The notes beneath the pieces were generated by a model. That model was not told the origin of the DNA and searched no databases. It saw only the letters and a program-made list of their open reading frames with translations. A DNA stretch of 64,000 nucleotides, from contig CM102284.1 in assembly GCA_046563655.1 (NCBI GenBank), positions 3,720,001 through 3,784,000 of the forward strand, written 5' to 3'. Below are positions 1-12,346 of this stretch, piece by piece (positions within the stretch are counted from its first letter, which is position 1; each line of letters opens with the position of its first letter). This stretch comes from Yuukianura sp. NJ FZ-2021. Lineage: Eukaryota. A program made the translations under genes and the position numbers.

Positions 1-621
1 CAAGTCCACTTCCTCAGGGCTCCGTTTTGTAAAAGTGTGCAAAGTGTGTTGGTCAAAGTCAACGGACAAACTGTCATGTCAGCACAAAACTTGTTACCGT
101 AGATCTCCAAATAGTACCCCGGGTACAATTTGTTTCACGATCTTTTGGAGAGAGACCTGGGGCACTTCGACGCGGTGTGTTATTTGGGAACGTAGTATTA
201 TTATTTGGAAATTTACGGTAATTCCAGTTCCAAAATGATGAGAAGCAAGTGTTGCAACGTTAGTAGCCTAACCTATTCATTTTCTATGGTGAGAACATAA
301 CCCTTCAACCTAACCTTAAAGGAAACATGACCAACTACCAGCTGTCAGCTACTCCTCCTGTATGTATTTTTTTTTTCAAAATTCAATCGCCATTGTTAAG
401 TCGCCAGCCTTCTCTCGAGTATGAATTCACGCTAATTAGACTCACTCTTTTGAAGTATTGTTAGCACTAGGAAACAGACGGCGTTGCGTCATCACTTTTT
501 GGAAAATGGCGCTTTCACTTTATACTTTTGTGCAACTGAGAAATTACTTTGGAAAGTTGCACGTTCAGACGGTTGTGCAACACGAAGTGAAAGTAAACAC
601 ACGACTAAGGGCGTGACTCAC

Positions 622-2457
622 CTTTTTCTCTGTCAGTTTTTCACAGCGTCTCACTTTGCAGATCTGATGACTCTTTTCATTTCGACATGGAGCACAGTCT
701 CCACAGTTGTCCTTCCGTTGACACCCTGTACACTCCCCACAGCGCTTCCGCTTCTTCTTCACAGGTTTCTCAAGGTCACCAGACTCCATTGAAGCGTTAT
801 GGAGACTCCCATGGTCCAAACCACCATTCATGCCCATCACTCCCGGTCGCTTGAAGTCCGAATCTGTACTGGACACGGACGACACTTGAGGGTCATTGAG
901 ATCATGACTATTGTTATTGTTGAACGAATGGTTATGACTGTTGTACGAATTCTCCAGGGAGTTCTCCATGTTGCGCTTGCGTTTCTGACTCTTCTTCGGT
1001 CCCGCCGGAGATCCACCGTGAGACAACCCACCATTGCCAGTTCCAGTTCCGTTTCCATTGGAGTTGGTAACGATCTGTGGACTGTTTTGTTGCTGAGAGC
1101 CCTGTTGCTGCCCATCTAGCTTCTGATGGTGGTGGTGGATTCGGTGGTGACCGTGGGGGTCAAAGGGGAGCTGCCCATGAGGAAGCTTGACTGTGATGAG
1201 CGTCTCCAGATGACCGTCGTTAGTGAGATACTTGGTGGGAACGGAGGATGGTGGCACATTGAGGTTATTGAGATTCATGTTACTACTATGATGAGTATGG
1301 TGAAGATCAGTAAGATTAAGGCTGGGAAGGTTCCCATCAGTCGTTTGAGTTTGAAGTTTGGCGGTGTGTTGGGGAGGGTGGTGGGCGTGAGGGGGAGGGG
1401 GGTAGTGACCGTGCAGTTGCATTGGAGACACAGGTACCAACTCAAGGAACTGTTGTGACCCGTTCCCAGTAATAAAATGTGGTTGGGCGGGTCCATTCGT
1501 TCCTGGATGTCCGTTCATTACCAATTGATTTGAAGTGACAAAGTGATGGCTGCCGTTGCCATTAGCCAATTGATGATGTTGTGGTGACGATACCGGTGTG
1601 GCACTAATAATTTGGCCAGGGAAAATTTGAATGTGCCTTTCATCTAAAAACTGTGGTTGAGCCTGCGTCGTAGCCACGAGTGTAGGTGGCCCGTGTCCCG
1701 GCGGGATGTAACCTCTATTGGCCGGAAGTGTGTGGAAGCTCGGCAGAGACGGAGCTCCAGGACTTGAAGTTGTGACGGGAACGGGGGAGTGGAGGAGGTC
1801 ACCGTTGCCATGGTGGGGCTGTTGGTGGTGGATCAGGGGAGGGTCATTGAAAGAATTGAATTGTGACTGGAATGAGGGCAGTTTTTGGCCGTTTGGGCCG
1901 AAGGCGTCGGAGAAGGCCGGGAATGCATTTGTGAGCGTCGTGAGTGTCGTCGGTGACTTGCCGGCGGATGTCGTCGGAGTTGTGCCATTTCCGTTGGTGG
2001 TGACAAAAACCTGGCCGGTGGGAGATGACGTGGCAGTAGGCTGCGTATTCATTGGTGAAGCGAGACTAGGATCTGGTTTTTCCCACGGTCTGTACTGAAT
2101 GACGTTGTCCGGACTATCATTGAGTGATCGGGAGTCGATGAGACGAGCCGAGAGTCCTTCGGCAGTGAATCCCGTGAGATCACCCCAGTCTCCTAGTTGA
2201 ATGTATCGCATCTCCATGAATCCATCTGAGCTGAGACGTGACAGTCCGTCAGAGTCTGCGTAGGACGAGAATGAGCCAAGTCCTGAGCTGCTTTTGAGCA
2301 GTGTCAAGTGCGTGTCACTGGAGAGGTCAGTGAGTCCATTTCCGTTGGACGTTGACGTAGGGGAGAAGTGGTCCTTGCCAGACGATGGTCCGAATCCAGC
2401 CCCGAATGGGTGGGACTCCAGAGCACCACCGCCTGGATCCTGTCGTTCGTTCATCAT
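622..2457 (-). CDS. Tet: Tet methylcytosine dioxygenase, first large coding exon (long low-complexity N-terminus plus CXXC zinc finger); gene probably continues beyond the window start
   Basis: The ORF ends in KKKRKRCGECTGCQRKDNCGDCAPCRNEKSHQICKVRRCEKLTEKK, which I recognise as the insect Tet-type CXXC finger. A GTGAGT donor follows EKK (616-621, minus strand), and a TTACAG acceptor at ~2471 lies just upstream of the ATG. The catalytic domain is not visible in the window. Confidence 0.85.
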
Positions 2458-5400
2458 TCATTCAGCGCGTCTGTAACGTAAAAATATGAAAATTTAAAAC
2501 AAGATAATTATTTTATAAAACTTGTTCATAATATTTAATTTCCAAAGTAAAACATAACATTTAACCCAAACACTATGACACGGAACCTATTTTGTTTTAC
2601 GGGACGGGAGAAGATGCCAGGTTAGAGTGTCAGATGAAAATTTGTTTTTGAATTATGAAGTTTTGTTGTCATTTTCGTGCAAGTTGTTCGAATCCTTCCG
2701 AAGTAAATTGAGTTTGTAGGTGAAAGTTGATTTTTAAACTAAACTTTCTCCAGCTATTTTTGTTATTATTATTGTTGTTTTTTTCTCTCTTTTTTTTGCA
2801 TTTTTTTCGGCTATTTTTTAATTTTGAGCCAAACCAATGTGTTTAGTAGAAGCCCATGTAAAAATTCAAACTTGTATTTCATTCCAAGCGAAAACAATTG
2901 ACGATTGCACCGTTACAATTGCTTCTCACTTGAATGGATTCGGCAATTGCATACTACACCGATTCAAACGCCCAGGATTTTGGAGGAAACTGAAATTTCA
3001 GGGTCCAGTGCCACTCAGATTTTGAAAAAACCTTGGTCACAGAACTGAACAATTCGTAGGTCCGTCAAGACGTGAAACGCTTCAACCCAGCTGTCGTTTT
3101 CAACGGAACTTTCAAAATGTTCAAAATTTTAGGCTATTCGAGTGTTCTTCAGAGTCAGATTTCCTTTTCTTTGAACTTCCAACTACAACAGAATGATTGG
3201 AACTATTGTTAAACACATGCAACCAAAGAAATTCTATTTTTTTCACAAAGAAAAAGTTATCACAATGAAAATTTTCAAATTTCAAAAGTTCACAATTGGT
3301 GGCAGTAAATTTGATATGAAAAAGTTTAGAACGTTGCTTTTTATGAACACTGGAGGTGAAAGCAGCGGCAGTGAAAGCTTGAGCACTCAGTGGAACTTTC
3401 CGAGAAGAAAGTTTTTGTATTTATAAGACCGAAATTTCGGCGGCGCTAGTTTTGAAGTCATCCAGGCAGAGAAAGCAGCAGGAGAAAGTTGAACACAAAA
3501 TGGAGTTTTCCTGTGTGTCATAGCAAGCTCTCGTGCTGGAAACTTTTTGGAATTTCATGTGACTCATTTCGTTACGCATTTGGAACTTGAAACGAGATTA
3601 CAAAACTGTTTTTCTTGGAAACTTTTTCAAAATTTTTTCATTTTTCAATTCCTTGAAAAACTGTATTTCAACTTTTGTCTTTTCTCTGCCAACAACTTCC
3701 ACAAAACTTCTAACTGGATCGAAAATTTGAAAGCTCAGACTAATTTTTTCAAAAGAAAATTTTGTTGAAAAAAAATTTCTTTGGAATATTTTGTATACAG
3801 AAGCCAACTGTTTTCCTTCACTCAACAATGAGCTCAGTAGCATAACGTTACAGAGAAAAAAAACTGTGAGTTTGAGCGGAAATGGCCCCTGTTCAGAATC
3901 AGATATCTTGGAGATCACTGTTTTACTTTACACAAAACTGTACAGCACAGCCGCACTACTGTTTACTTTGAGTGTTCAGCTTCACTAACTTTCAATTTCA
4001 GGTATACATGAACACCGTGATTTCAAATCTGAAATCTGAACATGCCTCACTACCTTTCACATTTCAGGTTCTTTACTCAAAATTGGAATTGCTGCAAAAC
4101 TTACGACATTCTTCACCAGTTTCAACTGAAACACTCATGTTTATTCAACTGGCGAATCTTGATTATTCAATGACACAATTGACGCTAGTGTTTTCATCAT
4201 ACATGAAAAAAAAAATGCTTTGGTGTTGCAAAAACTCAACTTTACACTCAGAAAAAAGAGGAGAGACACGCGTAAAAAATGTAAGAATGTACGGGTAACT
4301 TTTTTTTCAGTTGGGGTGATGCGGGCTTTTTTCTCTCTCTTTCTTCTGAAATCCTACACTTAGGAGTAGTCCAAAATCCTGAATTCAAACCCTAACCTTC
4401 CACTCTTCCATTTTCAAACGTGGTCCAAGAAAAAGTGGAAGTTGAAGCCAAAAACTCTGTTCAAAGTTTCATGAGTAGAAAAAACGGAGTTTTTCGGAGA
4501 GGGATGAAGAGCATTGATCTGCTTCACAGTCTACCCGGGTAACCACCACCCTCAGGGATCTCTCCAAAACCTCCCAAACTCACCCCCTACCCCTCCATCT
4601 TCCTTCTTCCGCACACACAGGATATGGCTTTTCACCGTACATGCATTTTTTGTTCAAAACGAACATGAATTTCGATTTAACATTAAAGTTTATGCGAAGA
4701 CCAAGACGGTTTACGATTCAGGCCGATTTTTTAATGCCGGGTTTCAGCCTCACAGCTACTGCTGTGCATAATTTTGCGAAGAGAAAGTCAGAAATTAAAC
4801 CTGACAAACTTTTTTTAGCGCCACATCGCCAGTTACAAAAATTTCGTTTCCAAATTGCGAAATTTTAGTAGTTTATTGCTAGCTACTCTTGCACCACAGA
4901 AAACAGAAACTTTCACAGGTTTCAGTGTCGAATAACTATGTAACTACTATCGTCGTTACGTTGTACAGTTAAGTTTCGTTATTAAGCCTTACGTCATTAA
5001 ATGTCCAGGAATGTATACACCGAAGAACAGTTTATCTATGCCTAGAGGATTTGTGATTCAGTTATGTATTACTGATTGTTTTGCAATTGCAAATGCCTAT
5101 TTGGAAGCAGACGAGGGGGGCCCTTGACATTGAAAAGTAGATGACCTTAACAATGAACTTGACCTGCCTCAATGAAACAACTCCTTCCCTACCTCACTCG
5201 TTCCTGAATAGAGCTTGAGGAGGCGTGTGACTCCGTCTAGGAAACCAGATTCTGAAGATTGTTGTGGCAGGGGGTACTTAAGGGCTGGAAATAATGAGGG
5301 ACACACCTTTGGCATCTTGTTCCTTCACCCCTTCCCAAGACTTAGATGAAAGTAAAAACAATGCAAACCCGTTTGCCTTCACTCTCCGTTTCAAAGACCT

Positions 5401-8400
5401 TGGCCTTCCAGCCTCCAGCATCACAAATCACTAAACATCCACCTAACAATGCACGCAAAAAACAAAAGAAAGCAATTTCTCAAACTCTAAAGTTATAGTA
5501 GCAGCAGGGCGAGGACTGACTGTCAGAATTTTTGAGATTTTGAAAAATTTGGGGATCGCTTTCAGTTTCATTTCAAAAATCTGAAAGTTCGTTTTTCAAT
5601 TGAATTTGAGAAAAAATGAAGATAGCTTCAATTGTGAGGAGATTGTTAATGTTGGTTTGGATGATTATTGGCTGGTTGGAGACATTTCGAATGTCGTTCA
5701 CAATAGAAGTAATATTTTTAGAGGGACAGGAGAAAAGTGGCTTTTGTGAATGACAATGGACTTGGAAAAGAATGATGACGTTAACGTATTTTACGATTAC
5801 GACCCTCTGTTCCAGCGCCCCCGGGCACTCCGACTGAACAATAACAATAAAACCGTCCAGGAAGATCCTTAGATGTGTTCTGTCCAAGTCAGAGTTTTAG
5901 TGACCTCCTGTTCCAGGAAACGCCTTTTGTCAAAACCAAAATTTACCGAATCCCAACTAACCTAACCTAACCAAAATACGCTTTTCTTCATCAAATGCAG
6001 ACTTGGAACTGCTAGATAGGCTAACATAGCTAAAAATTGAACTAAAGTTGACCAAACTTTGCAAAGTGAAACCTAACTTGACAACGATTGGTGATATGTT
6101 TATCGTTGTCAAATCTTGGGAAGCCACTAAACAACAATTGGATGTGAAGATTAGATTCCCAGAAACAGTTGGGTTTCTCAGCAGAACAAGATATTGGAAA
6201 ATGATCTTTGAGAAAACGCTTTGCTTAGTGGAATGGACAGAGCACTTATCATGCTTACGAAGAACAAAGTTAGGACTGCTGGGCCCTTGAGCTCTTGAAG
6301 CCTTGAGACTTCACAGGTTTTTGTACTGTAATGCTAACCTACAAAATAGTTATACTGAGGCAGGAAGACCTTGAATTTCACTTCCATTATGTTTCCGAGA
6401 GCCCTTAACGTCCGTAGTCGGCCAGAACCGGACTCACTTTTCAGTTTTACAAGTTGAGCCCTTGAGGCGTCACTTCAAAAGCACTACCTCAACAGATTTC
6501 CTTTTACAAATTTCTCAATAACACAACTCCAGAAAAGAGAAAACTCCAATGTTCTCGAGAAAAAAAAATATGAAAGGTTTCAAAATTTGAAAATTTTGAA
6601 CATTTCAGTAATTTTTTTCTCTACTAGATAAAATTAGGTTGGTCGATCTAAATGAAAATTCTTGGATGCTTAAGCGGTTAATATTGGACCATAAATCAAT
6701 GGTTTTAGAACCAAGTTGAATTCGGAAGCGATTAAGGCCGTTTATGATACTTGTTCTGTTTGGAATTTTTAATTAAAGAATCTTTGGACTGGAGGCTGCA
6801 GAGAGGGAGATGATCTTTGGGTGAATTGATTTCCTAATTTAGGATTCTATTGTTCAGTGGTTATGATATCCGGTGGAAGTGGGATGATTCACACTTGGGT
6901 CCATTAATTCATCCACATCTCCACTTTCACTTCATTCATTCATACGCACACTTCCAGAAGAGACATACAGTAGTAGTTCAAACATTGGAAATCGCTTACA
7001 TTCTCTCTACAACTTCCTAATTTGAAGTCTTCAGAATTAGAAAATGGAGAATAGGGAGTTATTGCCCTCTTTAAATCTGTAATCAAAATGTCATCTTTCA
7101 ATTTATGAGTCAATGCCGAGGTCTCTCTCTTTTATTAGAACACAGTGTCATCCTCTGACTATAACCAACTGCATCTGAACTTGCAACAACCCAAAAGTGC
7201 TTTAACTGATCCCACTTTAAGTTGACATTTCAAAAACCACTTCCATGTCAACTTCAAAGGATTCGAAACAAACGTTCAGTGCTCTCAATTCCAATTTCCC
7301 TTCTTAAATGCTAAACAACACACAAAATATTCCCCCATAGAGTTAGGTTTACCCCAGTTACACTCAGAAGTGAGATGAACTTGGAAGATTTGAGTCCTGA
7401 CATGTGACAGGTCAAAGGTCAGGTTGCAACTATCCAACTACTGTGTATTCAAGTTGACACAAATCGGAAGGTAAAGAGAAAGCAAACTTTCTCTAATCTA
7501 TGCGTCCTTCCGCATCTGTATGTTCTAGATAAGCTTTGTAATGGAAAACCTAACTAACCTAATCCAGCTGAAGCAAAACCTAACTAACCTAACGCAGGAA
7601 GAGATGATTGGATGACACAATGGAGGACATAAAACATAATTTAGTGGTTGGGAAATGAACTACGGCTTGTGTAGTTAAATGCAAAAGTTGGAAGAAGATC
7701 CTTAATGGGATTTTTACGTTAAGATAGAATTGGATTTCGAAAGGGAAAGTTTTGTGTGTGTCGTAGAAAATTAAGAAGAAATGGGAGCTGTAAGTTCTTT
7801 TGACTAAGGTTTTAGGTGTGGTGGAGCCTAAGTAGGTTTTGGTTAGGTTGTGCCAGGGGCAAGCGCAGTGCCTGCCTGTAAGCAATGCGTAGAAACGTAA
7901 ACTGGAAGTGAATGAGTAAGACTTGGGCCGGTGCTGGAAAAACGGGCGAAAGATTCCATGATTGCAATTCCAATAAATCACAAAATGCAGTGAGTCATCG
8001 TTTGGGAGCTCCGGAAAAGTATACTGGAAGGTTCTAGGAAAAAGTTGGGGAACTTTTACTACTGCCTCCCACTTTCTTTTTCGTTCCTTTCACCCGGGAC
8101 TTTTCTGGCTCCCGGGTTATTCAGACTGCTAGTCAATAACAAACTACCCGGGAAAAAAGTATGGACGACGCTCCTTCCTCTTTAGTCGTCGTGTACTAAA
8201 AGCATTGGAGGCACTATCCAAATTACCATCAGAAGCACACACAGTCCTCCTCGCTTTACTTCATCCCAAATCCATTTCCAAAATGATACAATCACCATTT
8301 TCATCATGCTATCTTTTGCTTTTTCAGTGCAACTTCAATTAACTTTTTTGTAGACTCAAGGTTTTCGTAAGGTTTGTACAAATTAGAACCAAAAAGAAGT

Positions 8401-9832
8401 TAAATTTTTGTCAAATGATGAAAATCTGATGTGCTCTTGGTTCTCTTGTGAAACAAGAAATAAATTTCATGTTTTTGAAATAATTCTCATGTTTTTTGGT
8501 GTTTTTAAAAACATAAAAGTTATAACTCGTTTCACTCGAATGATTTACTTCGTTTGAAACTTCTGAAATCACCAGGTTGTAACAACAAAGAAATTCTTGT
8601 GAAAATTGCATGGATTGACTCACCTGAGAATCATACCAATCAGAATTTTACGTTTTTCGAAAATTTTTAACAGTTAGTCAATTTGCGTCAGTTTCACTCG
8701 AAATGAACTCGTAATCACAAAGGAATAAACTTTTAGTAACTTCCAACCACTTTGTTCCTGGAATTTGATTTTCCAATTTGTAGCATCCAGTTAGTAAATT
8801 TCACTTTCCTTGATTCGAAAATATGTTAAACTGTTACAAAAATTTACAAATTTTCTGTCAAAATTTCTGATAACAAGAAAAACGAGTTTTGAAGAACTTG
8901 GACGCCGTTGTATTAAAAACGTTTCTTTTGCTCTGCTGGTTGCTTGTGTCAAAAATAGTTTTGATGGTTTATTGCTTTCCTTTTTGTTTTCGAAATTTTG
9001 AAGGATTCAAAATATTTGTGAAAATATTTGAAAATATATTTTTGAGTGTAGAGAAGCACGTAAAATATACTATTGATTTTGGGTTGTAGAGAAAATAGAG
9101 GGATCCACTCTGCGTAAGCTACAGTAGACAACTGAGGCCAACTGCCGAGAAGCTCCACTTGAGGAGCCTATTTGGTTGGTTGAGGCAGACATTGCTTCTC
9201 TCTGTAGAAACACAAACCAGCATATACTAAAATGTTAGTAACTCAAAATGTACTTGCAGAAGAACCAGGCCAAAGATGAACAGTTTTTGGTATATTATTG
9301 AAGTTGTTCCTTCGTACGCGTAAGCAAACCCTTATTATTCTTCTCGACTAACGGCACTTTCGCATTCCCTGAATCAGGATAACATCGAATCCTAAGCTAC
9401 GAGAAGATCCTGTCACGCCTTGCCAATTCTCTACTTCCACTTTTCTGTAAAGTTTCTGGGCTTGTAAAAATTCCTTAACAACCAGACGAGATGTAATAAT
9501 TCTTGCACAAATTGAACATTTTCCTATTTTCATTTTTCCTGTAAAACTTGTAAATCAGAGGTGGAATATAATGCCAAAGAATAACTTGATCACGTTCTCT
9601 CTCATCGTCGATATAAAATTTGTGTAAAAGTGAAAGTGTCCCAGACACTGAGAACCAATTTGATAACCTCAATTACAATTGTGTTTTTGGAATAATTCAG
9701 ACAAGTCTTTAAAAAGTATGAATTTAAAATGAAAATTTGAATCGGATGAATGAAATTTCGAATAATGTCTTCCAATCCATCAAACAAACGTTTTACAGTT
9801 GCTTCGTTGAACAAAGATTTTCAAAATTTTTT

Positions 9833-9890
9833 GGAAATTATGAAAATTATGAATTATGGAAATTACGAACTATGGAAATTATGAATTACA
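9833..9890. repeat. Degenerate minisatellite (GAAATTAT-like units)
   Basis: ggaaattatgaaaattatgaattatggaaattacgaactatggaaattatgaattac. Confidence 0.6.
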
Positions 9891-10068
9891 ATTTACCATT
9901 TTTTTTAAATATAAGTACTACAAACGATAATTTAAAATTGAGCTTCGAAATACAGTTTAATTTACAAACGCATTTCAGGAAATTTAACAAGTTGTGTTTT
10001 TAATGAGTTGAATAAGTAGAAAATATTTAAATAGTGGAATGTTTAAATATGTTAGAGTATTTTTGATT

Positions 10069-10800
10069 TCAAACAATGTTTTGATCATTTCTAAACTCAT
10101 GTTCCATGAGAAGTTGTTTGTCATCAGATTCGGAAGTTGGAGATTTTGACGATAATATTGAATACTTTGATCGCAGTAGAAAGACCAACCAAGGTACAGC
10201 GACTAATAGCGATTGTACGACTAGTTTCGGAAGTGGCTCCGTATGGACATATGGGAAGTACAAGTAGAGACCACGTCGAGTCGAATCCCTGAGATGATGT
10301 GGAACGAAGATCATGAACAGAATCAGCGCATGCTTGGGACTGATCAGTAGGAGACACAGAGTAAGCAGCAGCATCAGTCCGGAACAGTGGAATGGACCGC
10401 GGTAGGCTACATGCAGAAGAGCTTCAATGCGCAGACTCCTGGCGACTAGAAAGTGGTCAATGTCAATCAGCGACGAACCGATGGTCACCAGACCAAGGTC
10501 TCTGCTTGAAGTCATTAGACATGATGGGTCGATGATTACCCATCCAAGGAATCCTATGATAGCGTGGACAGTACTGTCAATTAGGGCCAATACTGGGGGG
10601 CAGTTCTTTACACGATGAGTTCCGGTAACCTGAAACCGAAAAATAAATCAAAGGAATGTATAAACAAATTTAAAGTGTGTAAAATCTATCAAAATTTTGA
10701 AACAACTTACGGCATCTCCAAAATCACCGATGAAGAACAGTAGAATTGAAGCTCCAATTTGAACCAAAACAAAAACGTTTAAGTTTGACAAAAGTTTCAT
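10069..10800 (-). CDS. TMEM267: Transmembrane protein 267 (C5orf28-like), 2 exons (10711-10800, 10069-10629)
   Basis: Motifs DSTVHAIIG, SSLIDIDHF, RGPFH and HHLRDSTRRGL, with several hydrophobic segments. A GT-AG intron at 10630-10710 keeps the frame. Confidence 0.85.
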
Positions 10801-11365
10801 GATCCGAATGGATTTCCGAAGTTTTGAAAAATATCCAAATTCAAAATTTCAATTGTTCACTACCTACATTTGAATCCGCGGTGTAAAATAACTAATTAGG
10901 TATGCACTTATTTTTTTTTTGTAAATCGATTCATATCTCTTAGGTAATTTGTTACCTCCGTCGAGTTTTAGATGTCAAAAACAAGAACTTTCGCAAATTA
11001 CAATCCAGAATTTTCGGAATCTACCGTTTGGAAATACACGACTTTGGAATTAGAAATTAGAATTAGAACTTAGAAATTGTACCAAAATTTTGTTTAAATT
11101 TTAGTCACTTTTGTTTCTGATTCTGAAATTGTCAAAATCAGAAGTATTTTTTGTATAATTTTCAGAAAGTGAAATTTTCCCTCTTTCCTTTGGCCTTGAC
11201 GAAATTTACTCTCACTTTTGACCACTTGGGTTCCCATGAGTCTGGAAATTATTGAGTTAATGGTTAGTGAATGTACAATTTGCTATAACAATAAAATGAG
11301 TAAAGTTTACTCAGTAAACTTAAAATGCAATTGAATAGGACGCATGTAATTACAATTTTTGATGC

Positions 11366-11990
11366 GACATTACCAACAATTGTAAGAACATGCGGAAAGA
11401 ATAGCCAAAGACAAAAAGTAATTAAATGCTGAATTGTATTTTTGAGTTAAATAAGAAAGAATCTTTACAAAGAATTCGGGCACTTTTCCCACATTTTACC
11501 AAGAATTGGGGTACTATTCCGACATTTTACGAAAAATTTGGGCATTTTTCCGACATTTACGAGAGTGAATGTCAAAATTTCTCTTTTTTTGACAAAATAT
11601 TGCCCAAATTAGAAAAATACTAAGCTTTTCCCCAGTTTTCACTGTTTGAGCCTTGCGTATCTTCAATTTCGTGAATTCTGCTAGCGCTTAGCGGAAACTA
11701 CGCAACCAATCGTAGCGTCAAAAATGTTGGGAGCTATCGAGACAATCCGTGTTTGTGTTTGGCAATGAAGATTTAGTTAATTTATGTTGATTTTTACCCT
11801 GATTTTTCTTTAAAATGTACAATCTTTTTAAAAAGATTTTTGGCGTTTTTAGTAAGAATTGAAAGAAAGATTTTTGCGATTTTGGGAAAGAAAGAATCCG
11901 ATGTATAGACATTACCAACGATTGTAAGAACATGCAGAAAGAATGATGAAAAGTAATCAAATTTTGGATTGTATTTTGAATTAAAATAAC
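11366..11990. repeat. Two diverged direct copies of a ~90-bp sequence (about 11366-11455 and 11908-11990)
   Basis: Both start gacattaccaac(a/g)attgtaagaacatgc(g/a)gaaagaat and continue aaagtaat..aaat...attgtatttt. Confidence 0.6.
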
Positions 11991-12346
11991 TTTTTGGAAA
12001 AAGAAATAATAAAAAAATGCATAAAGTGTTGGAAGCTATTCTGTTTTCATAAATACGGGTTGAACCTACTCCTGAATTTAAAACGGCGTTTAAAGTTTCT
12101 TGAATGAAGTTTAATAAAGTTTTTAGAGCGAAGCTAGATTCCAACGGGTTTATAATGTTGCTCACTTGTAGTCAAAAAGGTTGCAATTTTGGCACAAAAT
12201 AAAATTTATTTTTTTTAACTTTACTTTACTTTTCCAGTTTTAAATCTAAAATAAAATAAGCATAACCTTTAAATTAAGTCGAGGGTAACGCAGAGTATTT
12301 GTAATTTATAAAAATGTAAAACCTAACTAAACCAAGCCTAAGATAG

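Noticed and set aside
5955-7595. Short (CTAAC)n / CCTAA runs at ~5955-5972 and 7547-7593
   Set aside because: Only 2-3 degenerate units; not an interstitial telomere array.
2500-9800. Many 60-130 aa ORFs upstream of the Tet exon
   Set aside because: No recognisable motifs and an F/K/L-rich composition expected from AT-rich non-coding DNA; probably intron, UTR or regulatory sequence.
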